Origin: a virus
Lineage: Duplodnaviria > Caudoviricetes
DNA length: 44,030 nucleotides
Reading direction: 5' to 3' (one strand)
Virus record (IMG/VR): IMGVR_UViG_3300036773_000018
Span: 1 to 44,030 of that record
The position numbers and the translations under genes were made by a program. The notes under the pieces are model-generated. The model saw only the letters and a program-made list of their open reading frames with translations. It did not search any database and had not been told where the DNA came from. Shown here piece by piece: positions 43,540 through 44,030 of this stretch. The number at the start of each line of letters is the position of its first letter. The first letter of the stretch is position 1.

Positions 43540-43903
43540 CTACTCAGCTCCTATCGCGTCGATGTACTTCGCAATCGTCTTCGGTCCTATACCCCGAATC
43601 GCGGCCATCCGCTCGAGCGCACCCGGTTTCCACGTGAACGGCAGTCCGCCGAACTCCTCTCGAATCAGCGTCGCGCGCTCGGGGCCGGTATCCGGCAAGC
43701 CCTCGAGCACATGCCTCTGGTAGTCGGTGTTCGTGGCGGTGCCCCATCCGGGCAGGATCGACCGAGCGGCCCCACGTGTGCTCACCAGGAGGCTGTGCTG
43801 CCCTTTCTTCACCCACGCCTCGAACGCCACGCACACCGCCGCCGTGCTCGCCTGGTCCGCCGCGTTCAGCACCCACACGCCCGCCGCCTGCAACGACATG
43901 AGC
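43540..43903 (-). CDS. ERCC4/XPF-like nuclease, C-terminal part with two HhH motifs
   Basis: LEGLPDTGPERA and IRGIGPKTIAK are helix-hairpin-helix motifs, in frame with 1-308. Confidence 0.8.
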
Positions 43904-44030
43904 GCAGAGAGGTGAGCCGATTGGGTCCATCGCGGTCCGCCCGTGCGTCCGAGCCATTCCCCTTCCAAGCTGAACCGGACGTTCCCTTCTACCACGAGGA
44001 GCGCCTGTTCGAGCACCTTCATCTGTTGGA
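43904..44030. repeat. Terminal direct repeat, copy 2
   Basis: Identical to 1-127. Confidence 0.95.

Noticed and set aside
1-44030. tRNA genes, integrase/attP, DNA polymerase, reverse transcriptase/DGR, introns or inteins
   Set aside because: No supporting motifs were recognised by eye. Remote homologues among the hypothetical proteins cannot be excluded without HMM searches.

Overview
The window is a complete, circularly assembled genome of a high-GC tailed phage. It has about 43,903 bp of unique sequence, with bases 1-127 repeated at 43904-44030. The host is probably an actinobacterium, inferred from a BldC-like regulator, a DUF1906-like endolysin and apparent leaderless promoters. The minus-strand arm (12674 down through the junction to 39848) carries small acidic early genes, regulators, a SWIM-DinG/XPD helicase, a Cas4/RecB-like nuclease, an NDT-like hydrolase, an AAA/Sak4-like ATPase, an ERCC4 nuclease, three DNA methyltransferases and a family-4 UDG. 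The plus-strand arm (12963-39864) carries TerL, portal, scaffold, capsid, a glycosyltransferase, podovirus-like ejection and tail proteins, a beta-helix tailspike and lysis genes. No DNA polymerase, primase, integrase, tRNA or CRISPR array was recognised. The main finding is two intergenic type II hammerhead ribozymes in the early operon. Both have the same non-canonical CCGAUGA core and a covarying pseudoknot, and together they bracket a ~775-nt gene unit. Other notable items are a shared N-terminal peptide tag (AExILRGS) on three unrelated proteins, an Acb2/Tad1-like candidate beside TerL, long RBS-sequestering hairpins, and a chimeric scar showing how two methyltransferase cassettes were stacked. 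All family assignments come from recognising motifs by eye; no searches were run.
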